Below are positions 9,555 to 17,190 of a stretch of DNA of 32,000 nt, in pieces. The DNA is from Candidatus Saccharimonadota bacterium (GTDB lineage: Archaea; Nanohalarchaeota; Nanosalinia; Nanosalinales; Nanosalinaceae). Positions within the stretch are counted from its first letter, which is position 1. Each line of letters starts with the position of its first letter. The position numbers and the translations under genes are program-made. The notes beneath the pieces were generated by a model that was not told the origin of the DNA, did no database searches, and saw only the letters and a list, made by a program, of their open reading frames with translations. Location of the stretch: positions 690,001-722,000 of the forward strand of contig NZ_CP107255.1 in the NCBI RefSeq assembly GCF_029232205.1, written 5' to 3'.

Positions 9555-10184
9555 ATGGATGCAGTAATATTTGACCTGGATGGCGTAGTAGTTAACACAG
9601 AACAGTTCTGGAACAAGGCCGAGGAAGAAATATACCTGCAGGCAACCGGAGAGGAAGTAGATGTCAGCGAGTTCGCCGGCATGAGCATCACAAACACCTA
9701 CAGAGAACTTTCCGAAAAATACGAAATCTCTATCAGCCAGGAAGAATTTTTCCAGCTGTACGAGGAAAAGGCCGATGAAATCTACCAGAAAAAAGCAGAG
9801 ATAATGCCCGGATTCAAACAACTAGTGAAAGACTTGAGAAGTGAAGGTCTGAAAATAGGTCTTGCAACAGGATCCTACTGGCCTGAAAAAGTTATCGAAA
9901 GATTTAATCTTGAATTCGATGCCGTGGTAGACCCGAAGAAATTAGAGGGCAGTGGAAAACCTGAACCAGAAACTTACAGGCTTGCTACCGATAAAATAGG
10001 TGTAAAACCTTCAGAATCTGTTGCAGTAGATGATACCTCCCCAGGAACTCAATCTGCAAAAAGCGCAGGCCTCTACTGCATAGGTTATGCAGGATCAGGA
10101 GGTAAAGGCCCTGAAGAAGCAGATGAAGTAGTTAAATCTCCTGAAAAGCTGCGTGAAAGACTTTTTGAGCTGATTAAAGAGTAA
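9555..10184 (+). CDS. HAD-superfamily phosphatase (subfamily IA, beta-phosphoglucomutase-like)
   Basis: Motif I VIFDLDGVVVNT, motif II GLATGS, motif III K in GSGKPEPE, motif IV VDDTSPGTQSAKSAG. The T-rich TATA-like ggattttttatttc lies ~25 bp upstream of the ATG. Confidence 0.85.
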   Translation: MDAVIFDLDGVVVNTEQFWNKAEEEIYLQATGEEVDVSEFAGMSITNTYRELSEKYEISISQEEFFQLYEEKADEIYQKKAEIMPGFKQLVKDLRSEGLKIGLATGSYWPEKVIERFNLEFDAVVDPKKLEGSGKPEPETYRLATDKIGVKPSESVAVDDTSPGTQSAKSAGLYCIGYAGSGGKGPEEADEVVKSPEKLRERLFELIKE

Positions 10185-10220
10185 ATCTTTTTATTCAGGC
10201 CGGCTCTAATTACCTATTAT

Positions 10221-10604
10221 ATGAAGCTAGTTGCAGTTACTGGCTGCCCTACAGGTATTGCGCACAGCCAGATGGCGGCGGAAAGCCTTGAAGAAGCAGT
10301 TAAAGATTCTGACGATGAGATAAAAGTCGAGGTACACGGATCCTCAGGCACAGAAAATGTTCTGGAAGATGAAGATATTGAAGAGGCCGATGCAGCAATT
10401 GTTGCATCAGACATCTCCGTACCAACAGAAAGATTTGAAGACATGCCCTCTGTACACACTGAAGTTCAGGCCGCTGTAACCGATGCAGAAGCACTTATAG
10501 AGAAAGCAAAGGAAGCCGTGGAAAACGGAGAGAACAGAGTTGAATACAAGTCATCGACCAACTCCATGGGCATAATGAAGAAAATCAAGGAGCTGCTACC
10601 ATAA
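10221..10604 (+). CDS. ptfB: PTS fructose-specific EIIB component
   Basis: N-terminal MKLVAVTGCPTGIAHSQMAAESLEEA matches the fructose-type IIB active-site signature C-P-T-G-I-A-H-(T/S)-x-M-A-A. It lies in a PTS gene neighbourhood. Confidence 0.88.
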   Translation: MKLVAVTGCPTGIAHSQMAAESLEEAVKDSDDEIKVEVHGSSGTENVLEDEDIEEADAAIVASDISVPTERFEDMPSVHTEVQAAVTDAEALIEKAKEAVENGENRVEYKSSTNSMGIMKKIKELLP

Positions 10605-11507
10605 TCACAGCTCTCTAACATCTACTTTCTCAACGTATTCTTCAAAATCCTCCAAATCCGGACTTCCGGTACCAGCAGTCTCCACAACCAAAGTAGCGAA
10701 CGCCAACGCACGCACTAGACTTTCTCCCTCACCAAGGCCTTCCTCAAGATAAGCAATCATCGCCGAGAGAAGAGCATCTCCAGCACCAGTAGTATCAACA
10801 ACTTCAGAATCAAGGCCTTCTGCAAAAATACTTTTCTCATCGCTTACAAGAAGAGCTCCTTCAGAACCCAGAGACGCAACCACTATTTCAAAACCATCCT
10901 CTCTAAGAGATCTGGCTGCTTCAAAGGCCTCTCCAACAGTCTCAGCTCTCATGCCAGTGGCTTCAGAGAGCTCTTCTCTGTTTGGCTTCGCCATGAAATA
11001 GTTCTGTTCCAGCAAGCCAAGCGTATCGCCATGAAGATCCACAACCACCTCTCCATCAACAGCCTTTTCGATACTGTCAATCGCGGAACTGTCAAGGCCT
11101 GGCGGAAGACTTCCCGAAATTATAACTTTGTCAGGATTTCTTGATGCAACCTTTTCAATAACTCTGTCAACGGCCTCTTCCTCGGTCTCAGGGCCAGAAT
11201 GATTGATCTTGTGCTCATTCTCTCCTGCAATAGTAGTATTTATTCTGGTTATACCTCCTTCTGCAAAATCATGGTCGAGACCCAGATTATCCAGCTCATT
11301 CCGTATAAATTTTCCGGTAAAACCTCCAAGAAGTCCGGTAGCGATAGCATCATGGCCTAAATCGTTCAAATACGACGCAACATTAATCCCTTTGCCTCCA
11401 GCATCGAAATGAGATTCATCTGTACGGATAATATGTTCTTCAGCTAGATTACTATCAACAACATAGGTGTGATCGATTGCAGGATTGAATGTGACAGTCA
11501 AAATCAT
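10605..11507 (-). CDS. pfkB: 1-phosphofructokinase (PfkB/ribokinase family)
   Basis: MILTVTFNPAIDHTYVV is a typical FruK N-terminus. Also GGKGINVA and the C-terminal DTTGAGDALLSAMIAY anion-hole/ATP motif. I place the start at the internal ATG 11507, giving 301 aa, rather than the ORF-track start 11597, whose 30 extra residues are not homologous and would consume the promoter region. Confidence 0.88.
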   Translation of the reverse strand: MILTVTFNPAIDHTYVVDSNLAEEHIIRTDESHFDAGGKGINVASYLNDLGHDAIATGLLGGFTGKFIRNELDNLGLDHDFAEGGITRINTTIAGENEHKINHSGPETEEEAVDRVIEKVASRNPDKVIISGSLPPGLDSSAIDSIEKAVDGEVVVDLHGDTLGLLEQNYFMAKPNREELSEATGMRAETVGEAFEAARSLREDGFEIVVASLGSEGALLVSDEKSIFAEGLDSEVVDTTGAGDALLSAMIAYLEEGLGEGESLVRALAFATLVVETAGTGSPDLEDFEEYVEKVDVREL

Positions 11508-11605
11508 ATTCAATAATTGTTCTGCACGGTAAAAAAGGCCCTGCAAAAACCTGTTTAAAAAGTTTATTTTATATACGACTGGAAGCAAATTTCTCACGGG
11601 TTATT
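11508..11605. promoter_or_regulatory. Divergent promoter region between pfkB and ptfC
   Basis: 98-bp AT-rich spacer containing ctgtttaaaaagtttattttatata (11551-11575), about 31-45 bp upstream of the ptfC ATG. On the other strand ggccttttttacc lies ~23-30 bp upstream of the pfkB ATG. I could not define an operator. Confidence 0.5.
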
Positions 11606-12715
11606 ATGACCTTTTCAAAGGAATCTCTCCAGACTACCAAGGAAAACTTGATGACTGGAGTTTCCTACATGATTCCATTCGTAACAGTCGGAGGAATCTT
11701 TCTCGCGTTAGGATTTGCGCTTACACCGACAGAAGCGCTTGAAGCAGGGGAAATAGCCGCGCAAGGTTCGCTCGGCTGGTTCCTTGCACAGATAGGTAAC
11801 GCAGGACTGGCCCTTATGGTGCCAGTACTCGGAGCCTATGTAGCGTACGCAATCGGTGATAGGCCAGCACTTGCACCAGGATTCATCCTATCCTACCTTC
11901 TGCAGCAGGAAAACGTTATGACAGCTGCCGCAGAAGTCATGGGATTCACACAGGCCGCTTCCGGAGACGGAGCGCTTGTAGCAGGATACCTTGGCGCACT
12001 GGTAGCTGGTCTGGTAGTTGGTTACGTAGCCAGATATATCAACAATCTGGACGTACCAGATGCCCTTGATTCAATGATGCCAATCCTGATCGTGCCAGTA
12101 TTCACGACAGCAATTCTGGCGCCCGTACTCCTGCTACTTCTGGGAGTACCTATTGCAGTTGCAAACCAGGCTATGAACGCCTTCCTTGCCTCTATGGGTA
12201 CAGGACAGGCCGTAGGCTTGGGAGCAGTTATTGGGCTGATGATGGCGTTCGACATGGGAGGACCTGTTAACAAGGTCGCCTATGTCTTCGGTGTGGGCCT
12301 TATCGGTGAGGGAGTTACCGGGCCGATGGCCGCAGTCATGGCTGCAGGAATGACACCGCCTCTTGGTATGGCGCTGTCTACATTCTTCGCACCTCAGAAG
12401 TACCCTGAAGAGATGTACGAACAGGCCAAATCAGCTACTGTGCTCGGATTCTCCTTCATTACCGAGGGAGCGATCCCGTACGCAGCATCCGATCCAGGCA
12501 GGGTTATTCCAAGCCTGATGACAGGATCTGCAGTTGCAGGAGCAGCATCGATGGCTATGGGAGTTACAATGCCTGCACCACACGGAGGTATCTTCGTAGT
12601 ACCTCTATCAAACAACCCACTAGGATTCCTTGGAGCACTAGCTCTAGGATCAGTGGTAACAGCAGGAATGGTAACACTACTCAAGCCAGATGTAGAGGAA
12701 ACTTCAGAAGAATAG
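11606..12715 (+). CDS. ptfC: PTS fructose-specific EIIC permease
   Basis: 369-aa polytopic membrane protein, G/A/V/L-rich with about 8-10 hydrophobic spans. It contains segments typical of fructose EIIC (MIPFVTVGGIFLALG, FDMGGPVNKVAY, ITEGAIPYAASDP). Confidence 0.88.
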   Translation: MTFSKESLQTTKENLMTGVSYMIPFVTVGGIFLALGFALTPTEALEAGEIAAQGSLGWFLAQIGNAGLALMVPVLGAYVAYAIGDRPALAPGFILSYLLQQENVMTAAAEVMGFTQAASGDGALVAGYLGALVAGLVVGYVARYINNLDVPDALDSMMPILIVPVFTTAILAPVLLLLLGVPIAVANQAMNAFLASMGTGQAVGLGAVIGLMMAFDMGGPVNKVAYVFGVGLIGEGVTGPMAAVMAAGMTPPLGMALSTFFAPQKYPEEMYEQAKSATVLGFSFITEGAIPYAASDPGRVIPSLMTGSAVAGAASMAMGVTMPAPHGGIFVVPLSNNPLGFLGALALGSVVTAGMVTLLKPDVEETSEE

Positions 12716-12765
12716 AAAAACTCAAATACCCATACTTTTCTTCTTTTTTCTTCTCCCTTTCTACA

Positions 12766-12775
12766 AAAGTTTAAA
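12766..12775 (+). promoter_or_regulatory. TATA-like box (aaagtttaaa) upstream of ptfA-ptsH-ptsI
   Basis: aaagtttaaa ends 27 bp before the ptfA ATG at 12802. The same GTTTAAA core occurs upstream of ptfC (11553) and of the 28243 gene (28211). Confidence 0.4.
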
Positions 12776-12801
12776 CCGGTACAAACCGAATAAACAACCA
12801 T

Positions 12802-13269
12802 ATGAGTAGCAAAGCCCTGCAAACACTGATCTCCGAAGAAACAATCGCACTCAACAAGAACTTTGAAAACAAGATAGACGCAATCGAAGGCCTTCTACAA
12901 CTGATCGACGACCAGGGAAAAGTCAAAGACAGAGACGCAGCACTGGAAGCCCTGAAACAGAGAGAAAAAGAAGCCACAACAGGAGTAGGAAAAGGAATCG
13001 GAATTCCGCACTCAAAAACCGATGCAGTAACAGAACCAGTAGCTGCATTCATCAGGGCCGAAAACGGAGTAGACTTCGGCGCAGCCGATGGAGAACCAGC
13101 AAAACTACTTTTCATGCTGCTCTTCCCGGAAGGAACCGAAGACGAATACCTTGACGTCCTCAGCAGCATATCCCGATCCCTCATACACGACGACGTACGC
13201 GAAAAACTTCTCAACGCAGAAGAACCATCCAGAGTAATGGAAATAATCGAAGAGGAAGTATCAAGATGA
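12802..13269 (+). CDS. ptfA: PTS fructose/mannitol-family EIIA component
   Basis: GKGIGIPHSKTDAV contains the phosphorylatable His in the PTS_EIIA_2 context, followed by AKLLFMLLFPEG. Its stop overlaps the ptsH start (ATGA at 13266-13269). Confidence 0.88.
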   Translation: MSSKALQTLISEETIALNKNFENKIDAIEGLLQLIDDQGKVKDRDAALEALKQREKEATTGVGKGIGIPHSKTDAVTEPVAAFIRAENGVDFGAADGEPAKLLFMLLFPEGTEDEYLDVLSSISRSLIHDDVREKLLNAEEPSRVMEIIEEEVSR

Positions 13270-13532
13270 AAAGACAGGTAGAAATAGTGCCAGAAGCAGG
13301 CCTTCACGCAAGACCGGCCTCAAAATTCGTGGAAACAGCACAGGAATACAACTGCGACCTGAAAATCAGCGACGCAGAAGGAGACGAAGAACCAGTCGAT
13401 GCAAGAAGCATGCTAGCAGTAACAAGCCTGGGCCTCAAACAGGGCGACAAAATGGAAATCCAGGCAGAGGGAGATGACGCAGAAGAAGCTTTGAACGCAC
13501 TTGAAGAAATAATCACGACACCAGAGGAATAA
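13266..13532 (+). CDS. ptsH: Phosphocarrier protein HPr
   Basis: 88 aa. GLHARPASKFVE carries the active-site His15 motif, and SMLAVTSLGLKQGD corresponds to the conserved Ser46 region. Confidence 0.92.
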   Translation: MKRQVEIVPEAGLHARPASKFVETAQEYNCDLKISDAEGDEEPVDARSMLAVTSLGLKQGDKMEIQAEGDDAEEALNALEEIITTPEE

Positions 13533-13535
13533 AAA

Positions 13536-15203
13536 ATGACTGTAGAAGGTACAGGCATCACAGGCAGAAAAGCCGCAGGAAAGGCCTACAAATACACGGA
13601 AAAAGATTTCTCAGTACAGGAAGAATCCAGCAAAACTGTAGATGAAGAAAAAGAAAGATTCAACACGGCACTGGAAACAGCCGAAGAACAGCTGGAAGAC
13701 GCAGCTGAAAAAACAGGTGGTGAAACAGAGGGCGACGAGGCAGATATCTTCAAAGCCCAGATACAGTTCCTTAAGGATCCTCAGATAACTTCCGGAGTTG
13801 AAGAAAGTATTGAAGAAGGCCTTACAGCTGAGAGAAGTGTTGAGAAAGGCTTTGAAGATCCTATCCAGCAGCTTGAATCGCAGGAAGGCCGTATGAAGGA
13901 AAGAGCGGACGATCTACGGGACATCAGGGATCGACTGCTCGGAATTCTTACAGGAGAAACAGACCACGGCCTCTCCGATATTCCAGAAAATACCGTAATT
14001 GTAGCAGAAAATCTGAAACCATCCGATACATCTGAAATGAACAGAGACAATGTATCAGGCCTTGTCACTGCTCAGGGAAGCCGCACATCGCACGTTGCCA
14101 TACTGGCGAAGTCGATGGGTATCCCCGCAGTTGTAGGCACAGGAAGCATCGAGGAGATCGAAGACGGAGAACAGCTTCTGGTCGACGGCGACACCGGAAA
14201 AGTAACTATAGATCCAGGCCAGGAGAAAATAGATAGTATTGAACAGGCCGACAGCGTAGAGGTAATCCAGAAACACGTTGAAACCAGCGATGGAGAGGAA
14301 AAAGAGGTTGCAGCAAACGTAGCAAACCATAAAGAAGTCAGTATCGCAGCAGAGAAAGGAGCAGATGGTATAGGCCTCTACCGGACAGAATTCATGTTTC
14401 TAGACCGGGAAGAACCTCCAACAGAAGAAGAACACCTGGAAAAGTACGTTGAGGCCCTCAACTCATTCCCTGAAGAAAGAGTAATTGTAAGAACAATAGA
14501 TATCGGCGGCGATAAACCCGTACCGTATCTTGACCAGGGCGAAAGCGATAACCCATTCCTCGGAGTTAGAGGCATTAGACTGGCATTTGAAGAAGGAGAA
14601 GAACTGTTTAAAACACAGTTAAAGGCCCTTTTACGAGCAGCAGCCTCTGAAAATGGCGAAAATCTAGCTTTAATGTTTCCAATGATCGCCACAGTGGAAG
14701 AATTTAGAAAGGCCAAAGAAATCGTGGATGATCTGGAGGAAGAGCTTGAAAACGAAGGAAAAGAGTTTGACAGGCCTGAAATAGGTTTGATGGTTGAAAC
14801 TCCGTCAGCAGTGCAGATGGCCGGAGAACTAGCTGAAGAGGCCGATTTTCTGAGCATAGGAACCAACGATCTCACACAGTACACAATGGCAGCCTCAAGA
14901 ACAGATAGCAAGGTTTCTGGCCTTCAGAATCCTTTGCATCCTGCCGTATTAAGATCCATCAAGCATGTAGTTGATAGAGGCCACGAGAACGATGCATGGG
15001 TTGGTATGTGCGGTGAAATGGCCGGAAACTCTGAAACAACCGAGATACTTGTAGGAATGGGCCTTGACGAATTCAGTATGTCTGCAGGAGTAGTACCTGA
15101 GGTTAAAAACAGGTTGAGAGAAATAGATTCAAGTAAAGCTTCTGATAAGGCCTCTCAAGTTCTTGAAGCTGGAATTATAGATGATGTCAGAGAGATTATC
15201 TGA
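13536..15203 (+). CDS. ptsI: PTS Enzyme I (phosphoenolpyruvate-protein phosphotransferase)
   Basis: GSRTSHVAILAKSMGIPAVVG is the phospho-His motif. GLYRTEFMFL, IRTIDIGGDK, FLSIGTNDLTQY and MCGEMAG belong to the PEP-utilising TIM-barrel domain. Confidence 0.93.
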   Translation: MTVEGTGITGRKAAGKAYKYTEKDFSVQEESSKTVDEEKERFNTALETAEEQLEDAAEKTGGETEGDEADIFKAQIQFLKDPQITSGVEESIEEGLTAERSVEKGFEDPIQQLESQEGRMKERADDLRDIRDRLLGILTGETDHGLSDIPENTVIVAENLKPSDTSEMNRDNVSGLVTAQGSRTSHVAILAKSMGIPAVVGTGSIEEIEDGEQLLVDGDTGKVTIDPGQEKIDSIEQADSVEVIQKHVETSDGEEKEVAANVANHKEVSIAAEKGADGIGLYRTEFMFLDREEPPTEEEHLEKYVEALNSFPEERVIVRTIDIGGDKPVPYLDQGESDNPFLGVRGIRLAFEEGEELFKTQLKALLRAAASENGENLALMFPMIATVEEFRKAKEIVDDLEEELENEGKEFDRPEIGLMVETPSAVQMAGELAEEADFLSIGTNDLTQYTMAASRTDSKVSGLQNPLHPAVLRSIKHVVDRGHENDAWVGMCGEMAGNSETTEILVGMGLDEFSMSAGVVPEVKNRLREIDSSKASDKASQVLEAGIIDDVREII

Positions 15204-15269
15204 AAATATGGCGCTGGAACACTTTAGAGTATCAAAAACCTTTATTTTAGGTAGAACGTAATTCCAGTT

Positions 15270-16070
15270 ATGACCAATCAGGAGCTGGAGCAGAAGATCA
15301 GAAAATCACTGAACGAAGGATACTCAGTGGGAGAGATAAAGACAGCCTTGAGAGAGGAAGGCTACCGGCAGAGACAGATCAACCAGATGATAAAAGACGT
15401 CCGGCAGCAAAATAACCAGTCATTCCAGCAAGAACAGGGCCAGGAACCAGAAAACTCGTTTTCCAGTCAGGACAGCTCCAGTCAGGAAAATCCTTTCTCA
15501 CAGCAAAATGATAATCAGAATGGGTTTCCTCAGAACAGCCAGGCCGACATGAATCAGAAGCAGTCACAGAACTCTAACGAAGGATTCGGCGATAACTCCC
15601 AGGGATTCAATAGTGCAGACACTGATGAAGGCCAGGACAACGGGTTTGGCCAAAATTCACAGGGATTTAACCAGGATAATGGAGAACAGAACCAGAACAG
15701 TGGTTTCGGCGGCAATGATGACTCAGGATTCTCATCAGGAGAAAACCAGGAATCAAACTTCAACTCCGGAAACAAAAACGGGTTTAGCGGCGGAAATCAA
15801 CAAGATTCTCAAAACAATAATCAAAACGGATTCTCACAGCAAGGAAACCAGAGCCCTCCAGCGCAGAATCAGGCCGAGGAAAAGCAGGGCTGGGAGCAGT
15901 TCCAGGGAGACGACTTCACAATTGCAATGGTCTTGGCATTCCTCTTCCCGCCAATGGCCTACTTCTACCTCGAAAACCTGAAAATGGCAATAATCAACTT
16001 CCTTTCATTCAACTTTATGGGCCTAGGATTCCTGATAGTACCTTATCATGTATACAAACACTTCAACTAG
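15270..16070 (+). CDS. Q/N/S/G-rich (prion-like) protein with a small N-terminal helical domain and a C-terminal two-helix (TM2-like) membrane anchor
   Basis: Residues ~46-205 are almost entirely Q, N, S, G, D, E, with recurring aromatic GF units (NGFPQNSQ, GFGDNSQGFN, NGFGQNSQGFNQ, SGFGGNDDSGFSSG, NGFSGGNQQ, NGFSQQGNQ). C-terminus: IAMVLAFLFPPMAYFYLENLKMAIINFLSFNFMGLGFLIVPY. Confidence 0.7.
   Translation: MTNQELEQKIRKSLNEGYSVGEIKTALREEGYRQRQINQMIKDVRQQNNQSFQQEQGQEPENSFSSQDSSSQENPFSQQNDNQNGFPQNSQADMNQKQSQNSNEGFGDNSQGFNSADTDEGQDNGFGQNSQGFNQDNGEQNQNSGFGGNDDSGFSSGENQESNFNSGNKNGFSGGNQQDSQNNNQNGFSQQGNQSPPAQNQAEEKQGWEQFQGDDFTIAMVLAFLFPPMAYFYLENLKMAIINFLSFNFMGLGFLIVPYHVYKHFN
15405..15890 (+). repeat. 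Low-complexity Q/N-rich coding repeat region (degenerate GF-containing units)
   Basis: Degenerate reiteration at DNA level of ggRttY..caRaaY units, such as aacgggtttggccaaaattcacagggatttaaccag and aacgggtttagcggcggaaatcaacaa. The period is irregular and there are no spacers. Confidence 0.7.
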
Positions 16071-16680
16071 AATCCTCGGAATCTTCAGCCTCTTCTCCAT
16101 CCTCATCTTCTTCTAGTTCTTCATCGTGGGCGCCAGGATTTGGATCCTCGACCACAGGCCTGACAGGATCCTCATACATCTGGCAGAAGGCCTCACTCAA
16201 ACTGTAATCACTCCAGTCGCCGTCCTTAAGATCGTACTTGTAAAGCTTCTTCGGATCCTTCTTACCGGTAAAAATAACGTCTTCATCTCTTTGATAGAGA
16301 AGATATGACCAGATAGAAGCATGAGGCCTCTGAATAGCGATTACCTCGAACTTCTCGCCGCTGATCTCAATATCATCGCCGTGATCGACCTTCTCCACAA
16401 TTTCTTCATAGGTTTCCTCTCCAATATAGTTCTGAGAGGAATCATGGCCGGTATACACAGTTAATTCATCTAATTCCTGTTCTGTAGGCCTTACCATTCT
16501 GGCCAGCTGCTGCATATCAGTCCTGTCATGAAGAAAAACAGTTTTAATTTTCCCAAAATCTCTTCTCTCATTCACAATCTTCGAAGCAGTTGACACACCG
16601 ACATAGAAATATGCATTAACTTCGAAAACTGTAAATTGGTCCTCTATCTCCTCTTCCTCTAGTAGGCTTTCAACTTCCAT
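16063..16680 (-). CDS. Hypothetical acidic cytoplasmic protein
   Basis: 205-aa ORF with an acidic N-terminus and C-terminal tail (EELEEDEDGEEAEDSEDSS). TATA-like aaaaataattaag lies ~27-38 bp upstream. The 3' end overlaps the convergent 15270..16070 gene by 8 bp. I recognise no family. Confidence 0.6.
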   Translation of the reverse strand: MEVESLLEEEEIEDQFTVFEVNAYFYVGVSTASKIVNERRDFGKIKTVFLHDRTDMQQLARMVRPTEQELDELTVYTGHDSSQNYIGEETYEEIVEKVDHGDDIEISGEKFEVIAIQRPHASIWSYLLYQRDEDVIFTGKKDPKKLYKYDLKDGDWSDYSLSEAFCQMYEDPVRPVVEDPNPGAHDEELEEDEDGEEAEDSEDSS

Positions 16681-16698
16681 GTACTAGTAATAGGACTA

Positions 16699-17190
16699 AT
16701 GCAACTTAATTATTTTTCAGCCAGAAATCTGCGCAGACCACCCAATGATCAGCAGCATGGAGGAAAGAAAAACTATAAGTCAGGCCTCCAACAACAAGTC
16801 AATGTGGACTACACAAAGCTTGGAATACTTCTGACACCTGTAGCGCTTATAGCCGCAGTTGTAATCCTCACTACAGGCCCTGCCATAGAATTTGGCGAAG
16901 ATACCGCATACACCGAGGCCCTTCAGAATCAGATGATAGAAGAATACAGGCAAAACGGGCCAAAAGGAGAAATGCGGGTAATCGTCGAGCTATACCCTAA
17001 CTCCACCGCAGAAGAATACAACAGTACTCGAGAGAGATTCTCGGAAAAAGGCCTGATAACAGCTGAATTCCCAACACAGAGAAGTTTTGGCCTGGAAATT
17101 CAGATCAACGAGCTTCTTCAGACAGATAAATCTCTGGTGGAGGAGATAAGAATTGATCAATTAAATGGGATACGGCAGCCGCGTAGTTAG
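16699..17190 (+). CDS. Hypothetical membrane-anchored protein; the soluble part resembles a subtilase-propeptide (inhibitor I9)-like fold
   Basis: TM helix LGILLTPVALIAAVVILTTG, then MRVIVELY..STRERFSEKGLITAEFPTQRSFGLEIQINELLQ..VEEIRIDQ. This follows the I9 pattern (yIV.l....g.....f....gf.a.l...l..l....V..ie.D), but it is a weak match made by eye. An in-frame GTG at 16804 preceded by aaaaactataag (~30 bp upstream) is a plausible alternative start, because only 18 bp separate the ATG at 16699 from the divergent gene. Confidence 0.4.
   Translation: MQLNYFSARNLRRPPNDQQHGGKKNYKSGLQQQVNVDYTKLGILLTPVALIAAVVILTTGPAIEFGEDTAYTEALQNQMIEEYRQNGPKGEMRVIVELYPNSTAEEYNSTRERFSEKGLITAEFPTQRSFGLEIQINELLQTDKSLVEEIRIDQLNGIRQPRS

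Noticed and set aside
11508-11597. 30-codon N-terminal extension of pfkB in the ORF track
   Set aside because: PfkB-family homology begins at MILTVTFNPAID. The extension would consume the AT-rich divergent promoter and has no homology.
12394-12822. 142-aa minus-strand ORF spanning the ptfC 3' end and the ptfA promoter
   Set aside because: It is antisense to the EIIC permease and crosses an intergenic promoter, with no recognisable features.
12771-13307. 178-aa minus-strand ORF covering ptfA
   Set aside because: It is antisense to a strongly recognisable EIIA gene. The translation is S/A/F-rich low complexity with no motifs, which is typical shadow ORF behaviour.
14378-14911. 177-aa minus-strand ORF inside ptsI, and similar ORFs at 13781..14068 and 14055..14330
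   Set aside because: They are antisense to Enzyme I, whose catalytic motifs are unambiguous on the plus strand. The serine-rich translations are meaningless.
15405-15890. Checked whether the repetitive DNA is a CRISPR array or a tandem satellite
   Set aside because: There is no constant-length repeat with unique spacers and no fixed period. The repetition is degenerate and explained by Q/N/GF-rich coding.
15613-15981. 122-aa alternative-frame ORF within the Q/N-rich gene, and the minus-strand ORFs at 15379..15567 and 15554..15775
   Set aside because: Low-complexity DNA stays open in several frames. Only the 15270 frame has a structured N-terminal domain and a C-terminal membrane anchor.
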